From positions 1-64,000 of the IMG/VR virus record IMGVR_UViG_2802428822_000002: a DNA stretch of 64,000 bases. One strand, given 5' to 3'. This document shows, piece after piece, positions 1 through 10,241 of this stretch; position 1 is the first letter of the stretch, and each line of letters opens with the position of its first letter. A program made the translations under genes and the position numbers. The notes beneath the pieces were generated by a model. That model had not been told where the DNA came from and ran no database searches. It saw only the letters and a list, made by a program, of their open reading frames with translations. This DNA is from a virus. Taxonomy: Duplodnaviria; Caudoviricetes.

Positions 1-417
1 TCATGATTGAGACCCCTCTACAATTTTGAAGCGTTTGGGCCATTTCGTGAAAGTGAAGATCGCCCATTCCTGATCGCACCGTTCTACGGTGACGTCGTAC
101 CCATGAGCGGAGGCCATGCGGCGGAAAACATCAGCATTGGCGGAATGCATCGCAATCTCTTCATTACCGCCTATCAACCTCTCGCCGTTGATCATTCGCT
201 GCCATACCATCCCGGCTTCGAAGCCATTAACAAAGCTGTCACTCTGATCGGGGAACGGTACCAGGCATTGGAATTCTGCCGCGTCGTCTACAGGCTGCGC
301 GGGCGGCGCGGAGCAGCAGCACGTCCCAGCGTAACCGTGGGTGCACTCATCGCAGATATACGGTAGCTCTTGTTCTTCGGTCTGTGCGGGTGGTGGGGTC
401 TGGTTAGAGCCGGTCAT
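1..417 (-). CDS. hypothetical phage protein
   Basis: Start reassigned to MTGSNQ after GAGGAG SD; co-oriented with operon. Confidence 0.7.
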   Translation of the reverse strand: MTGSNQTPPPAQTEEQELPYICDECTHGYAGTCCCSAPPAQPVDDAAEFQCLVPFPDQSDSFVNGFEAGMVWQRMINGERLIGGNEEIAMHSANADVFRRMASAHGYDVTVERCDQEWAIFTFTKWPKRFKIVEGSQS

Positions 418-610
418 TTTTGATCTCCTCGATAATCTTAGGATCACGGGTCCGTAGTGCGACGGCCATATCGTGCTCGCATTCGGCGCAGAAATGATCA
501 GGACGCGGGCAATCTTCTTCGCTCCACTGCTTGCAGCGAGCCGTGCACGCCTTCACCAATTCGCGCTCTTGATCGTCTTCCGAGCCGGTCCAGTAGATCG
601 TCTGGCTCAT
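404..610 (-). CDS. hypothetical Cys-rich protein
   Basis: 68 aa, ATGA overlap with upstream gene. Confidence 0.65.
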   Translation of the reverse strand: MSQTIYWTGSEDDQERELVKACTARCKQWSEEDCPRPDHFCAECEHDMAVALRTRDPKIIEEIKNDRL

Positions 611-1395
611 CCCTCTACCTCCGAAGCGGTGGCGAGAGCCGCGATCGCGATGGTGATGGCATCGTCAAGGTCGGCGTCTTCCGCGTCGAGCATGTCAGCG
701 ATCTTGCCAAGCGCCTTGCACACCTTGACGTTTTCGCGTCGAAGATCGTCTATTCGCTCTTGCGACGAGGACGTAAACCCATAGCCGTTACCGGCGAGGA
801 GCTGCACAGCTCTTGCCGCCGCGCTGTAGGTCAGATCGCCGTGCTTGTAGAGGAAGTCGATGACCTCCTGCCTACCCACCGTCTGCTGCGTCTGCTGCTC
901 TACAGGGTGTGGAGCGGCGAGAGCGGAGAGGATGCGCTGCTCGTAATCGGCTTGGGCGACGGCTCGACCATCAATCAATGCTGCGTCGAAGTCCGTTGAA
1001 ACGCCGGTCACTCGGGCGTTGTAGTTGTCGTATTGGGTGCGACCAAACTCCACCGTCCAGTTATTGCCTACACGGCTGATATGGTACAAACCGAACACGC
1101 ATTCGGCGCTTGTGCCATTCCATTCAAGCTCGCGCACCTTCACCGCCTCACCAGCCAAGACGAGGCCGGAGGATTGTTCAAGGAAGTCGGCGGCATCCAT
1201 CATTGCCTTCACGATGTTTTCGCCAACGTCCGTTGCGAACAAAGAGCATTGACGTAACGCAACCGCATGTCGGCGCGCCTCCGGCGCGGTCGACGCATTC
1301 AACGCAGCAATGACGATCTGCTTAGTCTTACCGTTGATATAGCCGCCATTGGCATCAGCGGCGGCTTGAAGCGCCTTCTCGTGCTTGTCGCTCAT
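607..1395 (-). CDS. mosaic hypothetical phage protein
   Basis: Start MSDKHE overlaps previous stop; shares linker DNA with 38695..39825. Confidence 0.75.
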   Translation of the reverse strand: MSDKHEKALQAAADANGGYINGKTKQIVIAALNASTAPEARRHAVALRQCSLFATDVGENIVKAMMDAADFLEQSSGLVLAGEAVKVRELEWNGTSAECVFGLYHISRVGNNWTVEFGRTQYDNYNARVTGVSTDFDAALIDGRAVAQADYEQRILSALAAPHPVEQQTQQTVGRQEVIDFLYKHGDLTYSAAARAVQLLAGNGYGFTSSSQERIDDLRRENVKVCKALGKIADMLDAEDADLDDAITIAIAALATASEVEG

Positions 1396-1592
1396 CGGGA
1401 TTCCTTTGGGAGAGGGGAGAGAGCGGCGCGGCCCGCATCGGTAATCTCGTATCCGCCAATTTCCCTCCAACGGATCAGGCCTAGATTGACGAGAGTCATC
1501 AACTCGCCGTCCTCTTTGCATTTGCTATATCGGCCAGGATCGCCACTGATGGCGCGAAGGTCTCGCAACTGAACATTTGTGAGGCTTGTCAT
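1392..1592 (-). CDS. small hypothetical protein (wHTH-like, YEITDAGRAAL)
   Basis: 66 aa, SD GGAGG, coupled to next gene. Confidence 0.65.
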   Translation of the reverse strand: MTSLTNVQLRDLRAISGDPGRYSKCKEDGELMTLVNLGLIRWREIGGYEITDAGRAALSPLPKESR

Positions 1593-1665
1593 GCCTGTTC
1601 CTCCGCACTCTCAGCCTGCATCTCATCGACAAGCCTGTCGATCATGTCATCTCCCCACGCACCGG

Positions 1666-2103
1666 TCATGAGCGTCTCCGCCGAACTTCGATGGCTGCAT
1701 CAAGGCGTGCTTGGTTGATGATCTCCATGGCGGCCTCTGTGTCGCCGGAGACACCCCATAGGCGGGAGGCGAGGGTGGTGGCATCTATCCCATGCCGGAG
1801 CCACCAATCGCGCTCTCCGCCTGCTTTGCACTTATGTTGTGCATCTGGTCCGTGTTGATGCTCTTCAGCGGTAAGAGGAAGTGTGAAGTCATCCCCTGCG
1901 CGCTTGCCCTTCGCTCTCTCTGGCTTTCCATATCGGCGGTCCGCGTAGCTGATATGGGCTGCCTCGCATCCATACCTCCCGCTGATCACCGACGGCAGGG
2001 TCCGGATCCACGCGAGGTGACGTTCGTCGCGGACATCTTTCGCTTCCTTGGCCCGACGGGAAGTGTTGAAGGCGTCTGGATTCCTTACGATCCGCATGTT
2101 CAA
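1666..2103 (-). CDS. DUF968-like (HNH/NinG-related) protein
   Basis: HLAWIRTLP..EAAHI..DDFTLPLTAEEH pattern. Confidence 0.6.
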   Translation of the reverse strand: MNMRIVRNPDAFNTSRRAKEAKDVRDERHLAWIRTLPSVISGRYGCEAAHISYADRRYGKPERAKGKRAGDDFTLPLTAEEHQHGPDAQHKCKAGGERDWWLRHGIDATTLASRLWGVSGDTEAAMEIINQARLDAAIEVRRRRS

Positions 2104-2732
2104 ACGCCCAACTCCTTCATTGCTTCTTCACGAGCTCGGTTCAGCTCCGACATCGTCTCATGTGATCCGCCGGCGTCTGGATGTGCCTTTTTCGCAAGAT
2201 GACGGAATGCGGCTTCAACGTTTTCGGCCAAAACGGGACCGCTTGTGCCTATCTCGAGCACTTGTCGCCAGGTTCGATTTCGTGCGGCAGCTGGCGCCGG
2301 CAGTGCTTCGAAGCCTGCGAACATTTCGGATACCGTCGCTACCCCGTGTCTTTCGATCTTACGCGTAGCTTCCATATGAGCGGCTATCGCAGCGATGTTG
2401 TCGGCGACTCGGTCGTAGGTATCGCAGGGCAAAGCCATGGGCTTGCCCTTCAGGTCGAAATATAGGCAAACGCCTGGATCATCCTGCTCACGTTGTCCGC
2501 TACGTGGCAGCCCGTCGAGCCGGAGCTCGACATTGGAGCTGATCACCGGATAGCGGCCGCCGACGGCATCGATCTCGGACTGCAGGCGACTCAGAGCATC
2601 AGCAACGGAGAGCGACTTCTTTTCCGCGTAGCGCCCGTTGTGCGCTTCTCGGTTGAACTTGGCCCGCTTGCGCTGCGACGCTTGTTTCCGCGGACGATTT
2701 GTCGGCCACTTGAGAGGGAAGGCACTTGTCAT
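2100..2732 (-). CDS. J-domain (DnaJ-like) phage protein
   Basis: C-terminal LAKKAHPDAGG..LNRA with HPD motif. Confidence 0.8.
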   Translation of the reverse strand: MTSAFPLKWPTNRPRKQASQRKRAKFNREAHNGRYAEKKSLSVADALSRLQSEIDAVGGRYPVISSNVELRLDGLPRSGQREQDDPGVCLYFDLKGKPMALPCDTYDRVADNIAAIAAHMEATRKIERHGVATVSEMFAGFEALPAPAAARNRTWRQVLEIGTSGPVLAENVEAAFRHLAKKAHPDAGGSHETMSELNRAREEAMKELGV

Positions 2733-3634
2733 ACTCGGATCTCCGGAAAGTCGTCATGCGTCACGCCGTCGAGCATCCGGCCGGTGTGCTTCTTCCCAAC
2801 TTTCCTGACGGTGGTCCCATCCGGGAACGTGTGTGGGAGACAATGGACCGGATTACTGGCAGATACGGGCTCGCGATCAAGCATCCGCTCATCGAGCCAT
2901 TCGCCATTTTGCTTGTGGTGGAACGAGATGCCGTGAGACGCGCACTCATCGCGCAGGCTACGAAACCAATCGGGATGCGTCGGACGCGCCTTGTGGGCGC
3001 CCTGATCTGTCTCGCCACCGGTGATCACCCAATCGATTTCGGTGATATCCTCGATCGCGATCGGTCCGAGTAGAGGCTCGCATGAGAGGAATGCGAACGC
3101 TGGCTTCAGCGCATGCTTGGCGCGCACGAGATGGAAGACATTCCTATCCGCGCGCTCCTGGTCCTCCACAGTCGTGCCTATCGCAGCGTTGAGTGGCCAA
3201 AGCTGCGCCGTGTACTCTGCTCCGCCATCAATGTCGAACGCTTGCCTAAAAAGTTTGACGATGTTCTGCGGGCGCTTGGTCAGGAGCAGCCAGACCAGAT
3301 TCGGAGTTGCTCGGATCAGATCGAAGAGGTCACGGCGCCATTCGGTCGGGACTTCGTTGTCGAACACATCAGCCAGCGACGAGCAGAAGACGAACGGGCG
3401 TTTGCCCTCGGCTGCTGCCTTCTTGTTCCATGTAACCGGCTTCCGCCAATTGGCTACGCTCGTGCGCTCGCGAGTGCCGGCGCCGACACCCGGCCCGCCC
3501 CATTGGACGCGACCCATTCTGGTCTCCATCAAATGCGCTGCATAACATCCGTCGCACGCTGGACTTACCCTGGTGCATCCGATGAACCCGTTGAACGTGT
3601 GGTCGGCCCAGCTTATCAGGGTCTCTTCAGCCAT
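2729..3634 (-). CDS. phage Gp37/Gp68 (DUF5131) family protein
   Basis: WADHTFN.FIGCTRVSPACDGCYA, LLTKRP, SCEPLLG, WVITGGE motifs; start MAEETL after GGAG. Confidence 0.88.
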   Translation of the reverse strand: MAEETLISWADHTFNGFIGCTRVSPACDGCYAAHLMETRMGRVQWGGPGVGAGTRERTSVANWRKPVTWNKKAAAEGKRPFVFCSSLADVFDNEVPTEWRRDLFDLIRATPNLVWLLLTKRPQNIVKLFRQAFDIDGGAEYTAQLWPLNAAIGTTVEDQERADRNVFHLVRAKHALKPAFAFLSCEPLLGPIAIEDITEIDWVITGGETDQGAHKARPTHPDWFRSLRDECASHGISFHHKQNGEWLDERMLDREPVSASNPVHCLPHTFPDGTTVRKVGKKHTGRMLDGVTHDDFPEIRV

Positions 3635-3872
3635 TCTTCTCCTCCTTGGGCGGATGAACGATATCGCCATCGGCATCCATAAGGCGCGCCGTCCGCCAAC
3701 CATGTGCCTGGATATCTCGAGAACGAAGCTTCCGTTTATAAGCGCCATACGCGCAACGAAACGGAGTCGTCAGAACCGCATGAACTGTCCAGCATACCGG
3801 CCAAATTCCCCATGCGATGAACCATGTGAGAAACGGATGATTACCTGCAAATTGAAATAACGCTTCCATCAT
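3627..3872 (-). CDS. small membrane protein
   Basis: 81 aa with hydrophobic N-half, SD GAGG. Confidence 0.6.
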   Translation of the reverse strand: MMEALFQFAGNHPFLTWFIAWGIWPVCWTVHAVLTTPFRCAYGAYKRKLRSRDIQAHGWRTARLMDADGDIVHPPKEEKNG

Positions 3873-3877
3873 TCACC

Positions 3878-4090
3878 TCAGTTCGTTGCCAGGCGGTTGA
3901 GCGCATTGACGATCATCTCGGCATTCGATTCGCTGAAGCATTCGCAAAGCACATCATCTTCGCTGGCGAGGGTTGCGAGCGTCTTGTTCTCATCGATCAC
4001 CAGGTAGATGACATCTGCTTCACACCCACCGCATTCGCATTCCAAATCTTCCTCGATCTGGATCGTCTTGTATCGTTTCTGCATCGTCAT
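3878..4090 (-). CDS. hypothetical protein
   Basis: Start MTMQKR; CxCxxC; in operon. Confidence 0.55.
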   Translation of the reverse strand: MTMQKRYKTIQIEEDLECECGGCEADVIYLVIDENKTLATLASEDDVLCECFSESNAEMIVNALNRLATN

Positions 4091-4228
4091 ATCCCCGCTG
4101 AAGCTTCGATCGCCGCTCTCTTGCACTTCTCCCAAGCATGATGCTGCCGGCGCCATATGGTTATGGCTGACATGCGACCTTCCTCTTTTGAAAGGTCCCA
4201 TCATTCTTGGGCGTGCGTCGAGATCCGG

Positions 4229-4435
4229 TCAGCCATACACCTTGCCTTTTGGAAGGCGATACATCTCGTCGTCGCGCCTATCGATCTTTACTGGATGCCC
4301 GGATGCATAACGCGCATGAATGAAATCGGCATCAATGTGCATCACAACAGCGCGGTGCCATAGATAACCATCGTGGGTCGCAAAGCGAACTTCAATCTCA
4401 TCTTTCCTCTGCAGATTCCGAAGCTGAAGCTTCAT
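4229..4435 (-). CDS. hypothetical protein
   Basis: ATGA-coupled to upstream gene. Confidence 0.55.
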   Translation of the reverse strand: MKLQLRNLQRKDEIEVRFATHDGYLWHRAVVMHIDADFIHARYASGHPVKIDRRDDEMYRLPKGKVYG

Positions 4436-4881
4436 ACAATTTCCTTTTCCCAATTCATTTCCTGGGCGATCTGTCGCAAGGCAGCGATCGAGCCATTCAC
4501 GATAAATCTGACCATCAGCGCTTCAATGGAAGCGAAGAGCCATACTGATTGTTCCGGCACCGGTCCCCCCGGCATTAAAGTCGACGGATCCCATTCTCTG
4601 ACTTCTGTGCCATTCCAATTGCCATCGTCAATTTTGAACCACCAGCACTTTGCTCGATATTCAACGAAGCCGGTTAGTGTTGCATTGTTTCCTTCGCGGT
4701 CGCGGCTCTCGCTTCTAAAGTTGCGGATCCTCCACGGCCACTCTCTTGTGGTTACTCGACAGCAAATGTCTTCCAGAATGCCCGAAGCTGTTTCATCTCC
4801 ATAGCGCCGGCAGAAATCGAGGAACTCCTCGCAATCCGATTCTTCTCTCATGTAGCACTGACAGAAATGGCGATCCTCCAC
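4432..4881 (-). CDS. hypothetical protein
   Basis: 149 aa ORF in operon. Confidence 0.6.
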   Translation of the reverse strand: MEDRHFCQCYMREESDCEEFLDFCRRYGDETASGILEDICCRVTTREWPWRIRNFRSESRDREGNNATLTGFVEYRAKCWWFKIDDGNWNGTEVREWDPSTLMPGGPVPEQSVWLFASIEALMVRFIVNGSIAALRQIAQEMNWEKEIV

Positions 4882-4897
4882 ATGAGATTCAGAGTAT

Positions 4898-5569
4898 TCA
4901 CGCTGCTTGCACCTCCGGGAAAAATCCGCGCCGATCGAGCTCGAAATACATATCCTTCAACAGGAGCATGTCTTCCAGGCTGTCCGATCTGTCACCGGGC
5001 CGACGGCCCACGATCATCTCTGCCGCTTCAGTAAATCGCGGCCACCGATATTCTATCGACGTCTCGACCTCGCTCGGCAGCTTGCAGATCTGCTGGGCAT
5101 ACGGCTTCTGCAGATCAATGAATGTCGTCATCGGCCGCGTAAGCCACAGTCGATCGAAAGCGTTTGATGGCTTGTTTAATGAGATGGCGAACCGAGCGAA
5201 CAGACTGGCGATCACCATCTTATCCATGTCGCCATAGGTGACTATCTTCATGTGGGATTCGAAGGGGCCGACTTTCAGCATGTCGGAAAGCAGTCCTAGT
5301 GCGCGCGCTTCAGGAATGCCCAAACGGCCGCAGGCCTTATGATCGATCCCGTGCTTCTCCAATGCGCCGCCTTTGACCATTCTGCTGTCAGGCTTGATGT
5401 ATCCTGCGAAATAGTTGATCACCTGGCCGGCGTCATTGCATTGCATGGCAGCGATATATGGCGCCCATGGCTGTTGGTTGCTGTCGATCGACTCATTGCG
5501 TAGGTACAGCCCGCTCGTTTTTAAATCGAGAAACAGAATGTTTGGGATGGCTATGGGAGCGTCCGTCAT
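4898..5569 (-). CDS. DnaQ-like 3'-5' exonuclease fold protein, possibly inactive
   Basis: LFLDLKTSGL (ExoI with E to K), HGI, RWPRFTEA, DSLED; start MTDAPI. Confidence 0.65.
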   Translation of the reverse strand: MTDAPIAIPNILFLDLKTSGLYLRNESIDSNQQPWAPYIAAMQCNDAGQVINYFAGYIKPDSRMVKGGALEKHGIDHKACGRLGIPEARALGLLSDMLKVGPFESHMKIVTYGDMDKMVIASLFARFAISLNKPSNAFDRLWLTRPMTTFIDLQKPYAQQICKLPSEVETSIEYRWPRFTEAAEMIVGRRPGDRSDSLEDMLLLKDMYFELDRRGFFPEVQAA

Positions 5570-5736
5570 ACAGGCCACCCCATGAAGCGAGCGTATGCAT
5601 TCGCCACCAGCAATCCAGCAATGATGACTGGCGCGACCTTCAGTCCGAGGTTGGCGTGCACGCCGGATGCATTGGTGAAGCCGAAAACCCAAGCCAAATT
5701 GAGTGCGGCGGCGATTTCGATGACGAGGGCGTTCAT
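5566..5736 (-). CDS. small two-helix membrane protein (56 aa, below ORF-track cutoff)
   Basis: MNALVIEIAAALNLAWVFG...; ATGA overlaps at both ends. Confidence 0.6.
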   Translation of the reverse strand: MNALVIEIAAALNLAWVFGFTNASGVHANLGLKVAPVIIAGLLVANAYARFMGWPV

Positions 5737-6446
5737 ACTGCGATCCTATCGATGTTCTCTTTGATGACTGAAAATTTGTAGGTCGCTACCCACGGGTTAT
5801 CGTCCCATGCCCCGACCCCGTTTATACTGTCCCAAAGATCATGATATGCGTCCTTCGCCGTCGCCCATACTGCCGAGGGATCGAGGGTAACGGTTCCGTA
5901 TTGCTTCCAGCCATCGCGATCACGTTCAACGCCTTCGGCGATCGCGTCCGCCTCGCTGATATCCTCGAGTCGCTGAACGAGGACTTCACTGACTATCAAT
6001 GTCAGTCGAGATGCCCATTTCGGCATGAAGCGCGATTTGCGCAGTTTCCCAAATGGTGGCATCTCATCGCGCTCGTGGCTGTAATGGTAGTCCTTACCGC
6101 CTTTGCTTATGGCTAGGCCGCCACCGGCTTCATATGCGATGCCAGCGCCGCGATCCTGGTTCTTTGACCAAACCTCCGACGGTTTCAGACCATCAAGACT
6201 GACGAAAGTACGCCAATCCTCTTTGACCCAGAGGCGATCGCCAACCTCAATCCTAGGCTTCTTAATGGGAGCTCCACACTGCTGGCCAAGCGATCCGATC
6301 GGCCAAACAAGACCATGCACGATTGTCTTCTGTACCTCTTCAATCCAATCTGGTTGCGGAGTTAACGCGCGACGAGTGTTCGTTTTTCGATCCTCCAGAA
6401 GTGCACGCACCATTGGTGACGAATAGGAAATGAACTTGTCAGCCAT
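5733..6446 (-). CDS. ASCH/PUA-like conserved phage protein
   Basis: MVRALLEDRKTNTRR, GDRLWVKE, FMPKWASRLTL, NPWV motifs. Confidence 0.75.
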   Translation of the reverse strand: MADKFISYSSPMVRALLEDRKTNTRRALTPQPDWIEEVQKTIVHGLVWPIGSLGQQCGAPIKKPRIEVGDRLWVKEDWRTFVSLDGLKPSEVWSKNQDRGAGIAYEAGGGLAISKGGKDYHYSHERDEMPPFGKLRKSRFMPKWASRLTLIVSEVLVQRLEDISEADAIAEGVERDRDGWKQYGTVTLDPSAVWATAKDAYHDLWDSINGVGAWDDNPWVATYKFSVIKENIDRIAV

Positions 6447-6867
6447 GCACCGGCTCCAGATTCTTCCGCCAATCGAAGAAACCAAGAGCGCCCTTGACCT
6501 GGATGAGCTCGACGGGTCTGGCGTTTTTGATCACCAAACCATAGTGACCGACGAAGTAATCACTGTCGTGGAAGGTCACGACGTCTATGATCTCAGCCGC
6601 ACCAACAATGCCGCCAGTCGGGTACTTCGACGGCACCGGAAACTCTTGTCTCTGGTTGGTGACAGGGTGATAGCCGCGCGCCAGAGAGATCTCATAGGTC
6701 TCCTCGATCTTTACGCCCGCATGGACTGCGAATTCACCTCGGAATTTCAGGCCCGGGTTCCAGGACTTCCAGTCTCGGTTCTCGATCGGTTTATATCCTT
6801 CGACGATGAGCCACGCCCAAGGCTGGCGGATGCTGAGGGCCAAGCGGGGAAGGTTAGGATAGATCAT
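6439..6867 (-). CDS. ASCH domain protein
   Basis: ALSIRQPWAWLIVEGYKPIENRDW ... VHAG ... KGALGFF. Confidence 0.88.
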   Translation of the reverse strand: MIYPNLPRLALSIRQPWAWLIVEGYKPIENRDWKSWNPGLKFRGEFAVHAGVKIEETYEISLARGYHPVTNQRQEFPVPSKYPTGGIVGAAEIIDVVTFHDSDYFVGHYGLVIKNARPVELIQVKGALGFFDWRKNLEPVHG

Positions 6868-7250
6868 TCCTTCGCTCCGCTCGTTTGAATCGCCCTCAGA
6901 ACAGCGATAGCTATCGCAATAGGCTCAAGATCATGCTCGCCTAGGCCGAGAGGGGTGTCGTCATCCTGGTAGTCCAGTGACCTGAAAATCGCGCAGCCAT
7001 ACAATTGTTCTTGCTCGCCGCATCTGCCTTTGCCATTTAGTCGGCCATGATCTGGCAGGGCTCGCTCGGCAAATTTAATCGCGCCATCCACGGAGCTAGT
7101 GATCCCCGGAATGATGTCCGCCTTCAGATAGTCGATCGACCACCATCCGCGCTCGGGCACATGCTCCAGCGCGATGGCAATATCGGCATCGAGATCCCGG
7201 TCGGCGCCCTTTGATGCTGAGAGGCGTTCGATAAGCGCGTCTATGCTCAT
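6864..7250 (-). CDS. hypothetical phage protein
   Basis: 128 aa; distant resemblance to 55814..56275. Confidence 0.7.
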   Translation of the reverse strand: MSIDALIERLSASKGADRDLDADIAIALEHVPERGWWSIDYLKADIIPGITSSVDGAIKFAERALPDHGRLNGKGRCGEQEQLYGCAIFRSLDYQDDDTPLGLGEHDLEPIAIAIAVLRAIQTSGAKE

Positions 7251-7855
7251 GACGTCACCTCGGGGGGTCTTGCATCAACTTTAACTGCGTGCGCGTACAT
7301 ACCGTCTTCAACACGCGCCAAGCCCTGAATGCGGAGCGGGAACTTTCCGGCCAGCAGTTCGGCGGTATTGATGTATGCTTTCCCGGGACGCCGCGGCACA
7401 TATGGCTGCTTCCACGTCAGACCTGCGTTGACGTTGCCGGCTTCGTAGATCATCGTCCGGCCTGGCGTCAGCCATGGCCCAACACCCTTGTCGCCAATGA
7501 GGTGCTTAGGACCAATCATCGTTGCCGTGGTGCTGCACATACTTCCAGAGCACTCAAAACCATTGTGTTCGATCAACGTCCATTCGGATGTCACCACCTG
7601 GAGAAGAAGAGCGAAGACACGATTCCAGTCTTTGAGACCGTCTTCTTTCTTGCTGTAGAGCGCACGAGTGATCATCACTTCGACCGGAGCGCCGATCTGC
7701 GGGACAGGACTGCCATTCTCGAAGAAGCAAAGTTGTCTACCCATAAAGGCAACGACTTGCCCGGGCTTCCGGTTTGATTCCACCGGAGTAACCATAAGCG
7801 GCTCGTATTCCGGCATCGGCAGCGGCGGTTGCGGCTTGTAGGGATCGTTCGTCAT
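7247..7855 (-). CDS. hypothetical protein
   Basis: 202 aa, ATGA-coupled. Confidence 0.7.
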   Translation of the reverse strand: MTNDPYKPQPPLPMPEYEPLMVTPVESNRKPGQVVAFMGRQLCFFENGSPVPQIGAPVEVMITRALYSKKEDGLKDWNRVFALLLQVVTSEWTLIEHNGFECSGSMCSTTATMIGPKHLIGDKGVGPWLTPGRTMIYEAGNVNAGLTWKQPYVPRRPGKAYINTAELLAGKFPLRIQGLARVEDGMYAHAVKVDARPPEVTS

Positions 7856-8502
7856 GCGGCACTCCCGATCGGATGATTGCGCTCAGCTGACCGATCGACA
7901 TAATCTGCCGGCAGGGGAAGGGCGTGGTTGATGGAATTGCCGACAAGGTTGTACTTGTGGCGCGAGAACGAGACCTTCACGAAGGTCCGCATGCCGGACT
8001 GCTTCACGTCGGCCACGCGGTGGATCACATATTGGTCCAGGATCAGCAGGTGCTTGTCCGGATAGACGCGGTGGTGCGCAACGTCGTGCTCGGCCGCGGC
8101 ATCCATCTCCGCCAACGAGGCGTGATGGTCCAGCGTGAACTCGACCTTCTCTTCCGGCTCCCAGAAAAGCGTGCCGTTGCAGTTCGACCAGATGAAGTTC
8201 AGGTCGTCGGTCATAAAACCGTCGCTGTGCCACCCAGGCCGGTTCCCCGGGTTGTCCGCCGTAACCCAGAGTGTCTTGGCAGTCAGGTAAATATAGTAGG
8301 GATCCAGATCGATCGCGAGCGAACGAATGGCCCGATCAACGATTGGCTCGAATTGAGCAAGGTTAGCGGGGTAGTGTAGTTCGAACTTCTTCGGAGCGAC
8401 CGTCGGCACCTTGATCGGGCAGTACAGCCAGAACATCATCTCCTTCGGGTCCAGGTCGACCAGACCAAGGCTGAGTGGCTGTTTGCCGTACAGTTCACGC
8501 AT
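7852..8502 (-). CDS. putative 2OG-Fe(II) dioxygenase-like protein
   Basis: PGWHSDG (HxD) ... VIHR (distal H) ... RTFVKVS (2OG-binding R). Confidence 0.55.
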   Translation of the reverse strand: MRELYGKQPLSLGLVDLDPKEMMFWLYCPIKVPTVAPKKFELHYPANLAQFEPIVDRAIRSLAIDLDPYYIYLTAKTLWVTADNPGNRPGWHSDGFMTDDLNFIWSNCNGTLFWEPEEKVEFTLDHHASLAEMDAAAEHDVAHHRVYPDKHLLILDQYVIHRVADVKQSGMRTFVKVSFSRHKYNLVGNSINHALPLPADYVDRSAERNHPIGSAA

Positions 8503-8842
8503 CAGCGACCTCCTCGAAGATGTACAGCCCGAGTTCCATCTGCACGAACACCGCGCAGAAGCCGACGTACCGAAGTTTCAAACCGTCAGGGATCTTTCCG
8601 CCGCACTTGAATGCCCAGAAGGTCCGCTCTTCATCTGGAACGTCAGTTCGGATGACCGCCCAGAGCCAGAACATGCCGCCTTGATCTTGCATGCGGATGA
8701 TCTCGGCGCCGGCCGGCAGTTTGATCGTGAAGCGCTCGAGAACCGGCATCTGATATTTGAAGATGACGCGGCCGTTGGCGTCTGACATCTTCTTGCCGCG
8801 TACGGCTTCATCCCATTGATCGATTTGGATCGCTGCGGTCAC
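8495..8842 (-). CDS. conserved hypothetical phage protein
   Basis: [20 protein letters not shown] pattern. Confidence 0.7.
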   Translation of the reverse strand: MTAAIQIDQWDEAVRGKKMSDANGRVIFKYQMPVLERFTIKLPAGAEIIRMQDQGGMFWLWAVIRTDVPDEERTFWAFKCGGKIPDGLKLRYVGFCAVFVQMELGLYIFEEVADA

Positions 8843-9672
8843 TTCGACACCTCGGCCTTTATGGCGCGATGTGGATCGTAACCAACAAGCGCGATGTCAC
8901 CCGGCTCAAGATCGAAAATACCTTTTTCGAGATAGGGATTGATAAGCAAATCCGGCAGCTCTCGAGGATTACGCCCCAATTGCTCATTCGCCTGGGCGAC
9001 ATGGTTGGCGTAGAGATGCAGGTCTCCGAAGGTGTGGATGAAGTCACCGACCTTCAACCCGATCTCGCGCGCAATGAGGTGCGTCAACAGCGCGTATGAG
9101 GCGATGTTGAATGGAGTCCCAAAAAACCAGTCTGCGCTTCTCTGGTATAGGTGGCACGAGAGTTTGCCTTCGGCGACGTGAAACTGAAACAGGCAGTGGC
9201 ACGGCGGCAAAGCCATGTCCTCAATCTCGCTGGGATTCCACGCAGTGACAATATGTCGACGTCCGTGTGGGTCGCGTTTCAATCCTTCGATCACATTCTT
9301 AAGTTGGTCGATAGCGCCAACCTGCCATACTTCACCAGCCGGGTAGTGCTTGTAACTTGGCCAAGAGCGCCACTGCTTGCCGTACACCGGACCGAGATTG
9401 CCATCCTTGTCTGCCCATTCGTCCCAGATAGTGACGCCGTGGTCGTGCAGGAACTTAATATTCGTTTCGCCGCGCAGGAACCAAAGCAGCTCTACAAGGA
9501 TCGAATGGAAGTGCACCTTCTTGGTTGTCAGCAGCGGAAAACCCTTCGAGAGATCGAAACGGAGTTGCTCCCCGAAGAGTCCATATGTCGCCCCGTTGCG
9601 GCCTTCACGATAAACACCTTCACCCAAAAGGCGCTTCATTACGCGGAGATATTGGCGATCTACGTCGTTCAC
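8839..9672 (-). CDS. thyA: thymidylate synthase
   Basis: [46 protein letters not shown]. Confidence 0.97.
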   Translation of the reverse strand: MNDVDRQYLRVMKRLLGEGVYREGRNGATYGLFGEQLRFDLSKGFPLLTTKKVHFHSILVELLWFLRGETNIKFLHDHGVTIWDEWADKDGNLGPVYGKQWRSWPSYKHYPAGEVWQVGAIDQLKNVIEGLKRDPHGRRHIVTAWNPSEIEDMALPPCHCLFQFHVAEGKLSCHLYQRSADWFFGTPFNIASYALLTHLIAREIGLKVGDFIHTFGDLHLYANHVAQANEQLGRNPRELPDLLINPYLEKGIFDLEPGDIALVGYDPHRAIKAEVSK

Positions 9673-10241
9673 TGGCGCTCTCCATTATTGGCAATGATCT
9701 CTTGGACGAAGTTCTGCGTGGTCGACTTCAGGGCAGCGAGATCGAATTTGTTATTGATCACGTAATCGTATGGGTAGTTTTCAACATCCCGGTCGGCGGC
9801 ATTCGACATCACTCGTTCAGCGTCTGGCCGATCAACGAGCACCGTTACGAATTCACAGGGCGCGATCGTCTTCATGAAGGCTATCGCTTCTGGTTCGCGA
9901 ACGTGGATGAAGCCGATCTGTTTCTCACGCGGCGACTGAAACATCTGATGTTCCATTCGCTGCATCGTCTGCCTGGAGGAGAACCGGTCATACTTTTCAA
10001 ATGCCGCCTTGAGTTCTGCCCATAAAGCGCGCTTTTCTGGCGTCTTGGGCTCTTCACTGATGCCGGCATCTTTTGTGATCTTCTTGATGAAGTCGATCGA
10101 GCTCATTGCGTAGGCGCCCCAACCGAAGTTGGCGAACAGTTCGCCAGCTAGATCCGTGAACGTGTCCTTCCCAGACAGAGGGTATCCATTCACAATCACA
10201 ATGACTTTGCGCGGCTTCTGCATTCGACTGAACACCTTCAT
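9669..10241 (-). CDS. P-loop nucleotide kinase (dNMP kinase-like)
   Basis: [10 protein letters not shown] Walker A; HVREP; YDYVINN. Confidence 0.7.
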   Translation of the reverse strand: MKVFSRMQKPRKVIVIVNGYPLSGKDTFTDLAGELFANFGWGAYAMSSIDFIKKITKDAGISEEPKTPEKRALWAELKAAFEKYDRFSSRQTMQRMEHQMFQSPREKQIGFIHVREPEAIAFMKTIAPCEFVTVLVDRPDAERVMSNAADRDVENYPYDYVINNKFDLAALKSTTQNFVQEIIANNGERQ

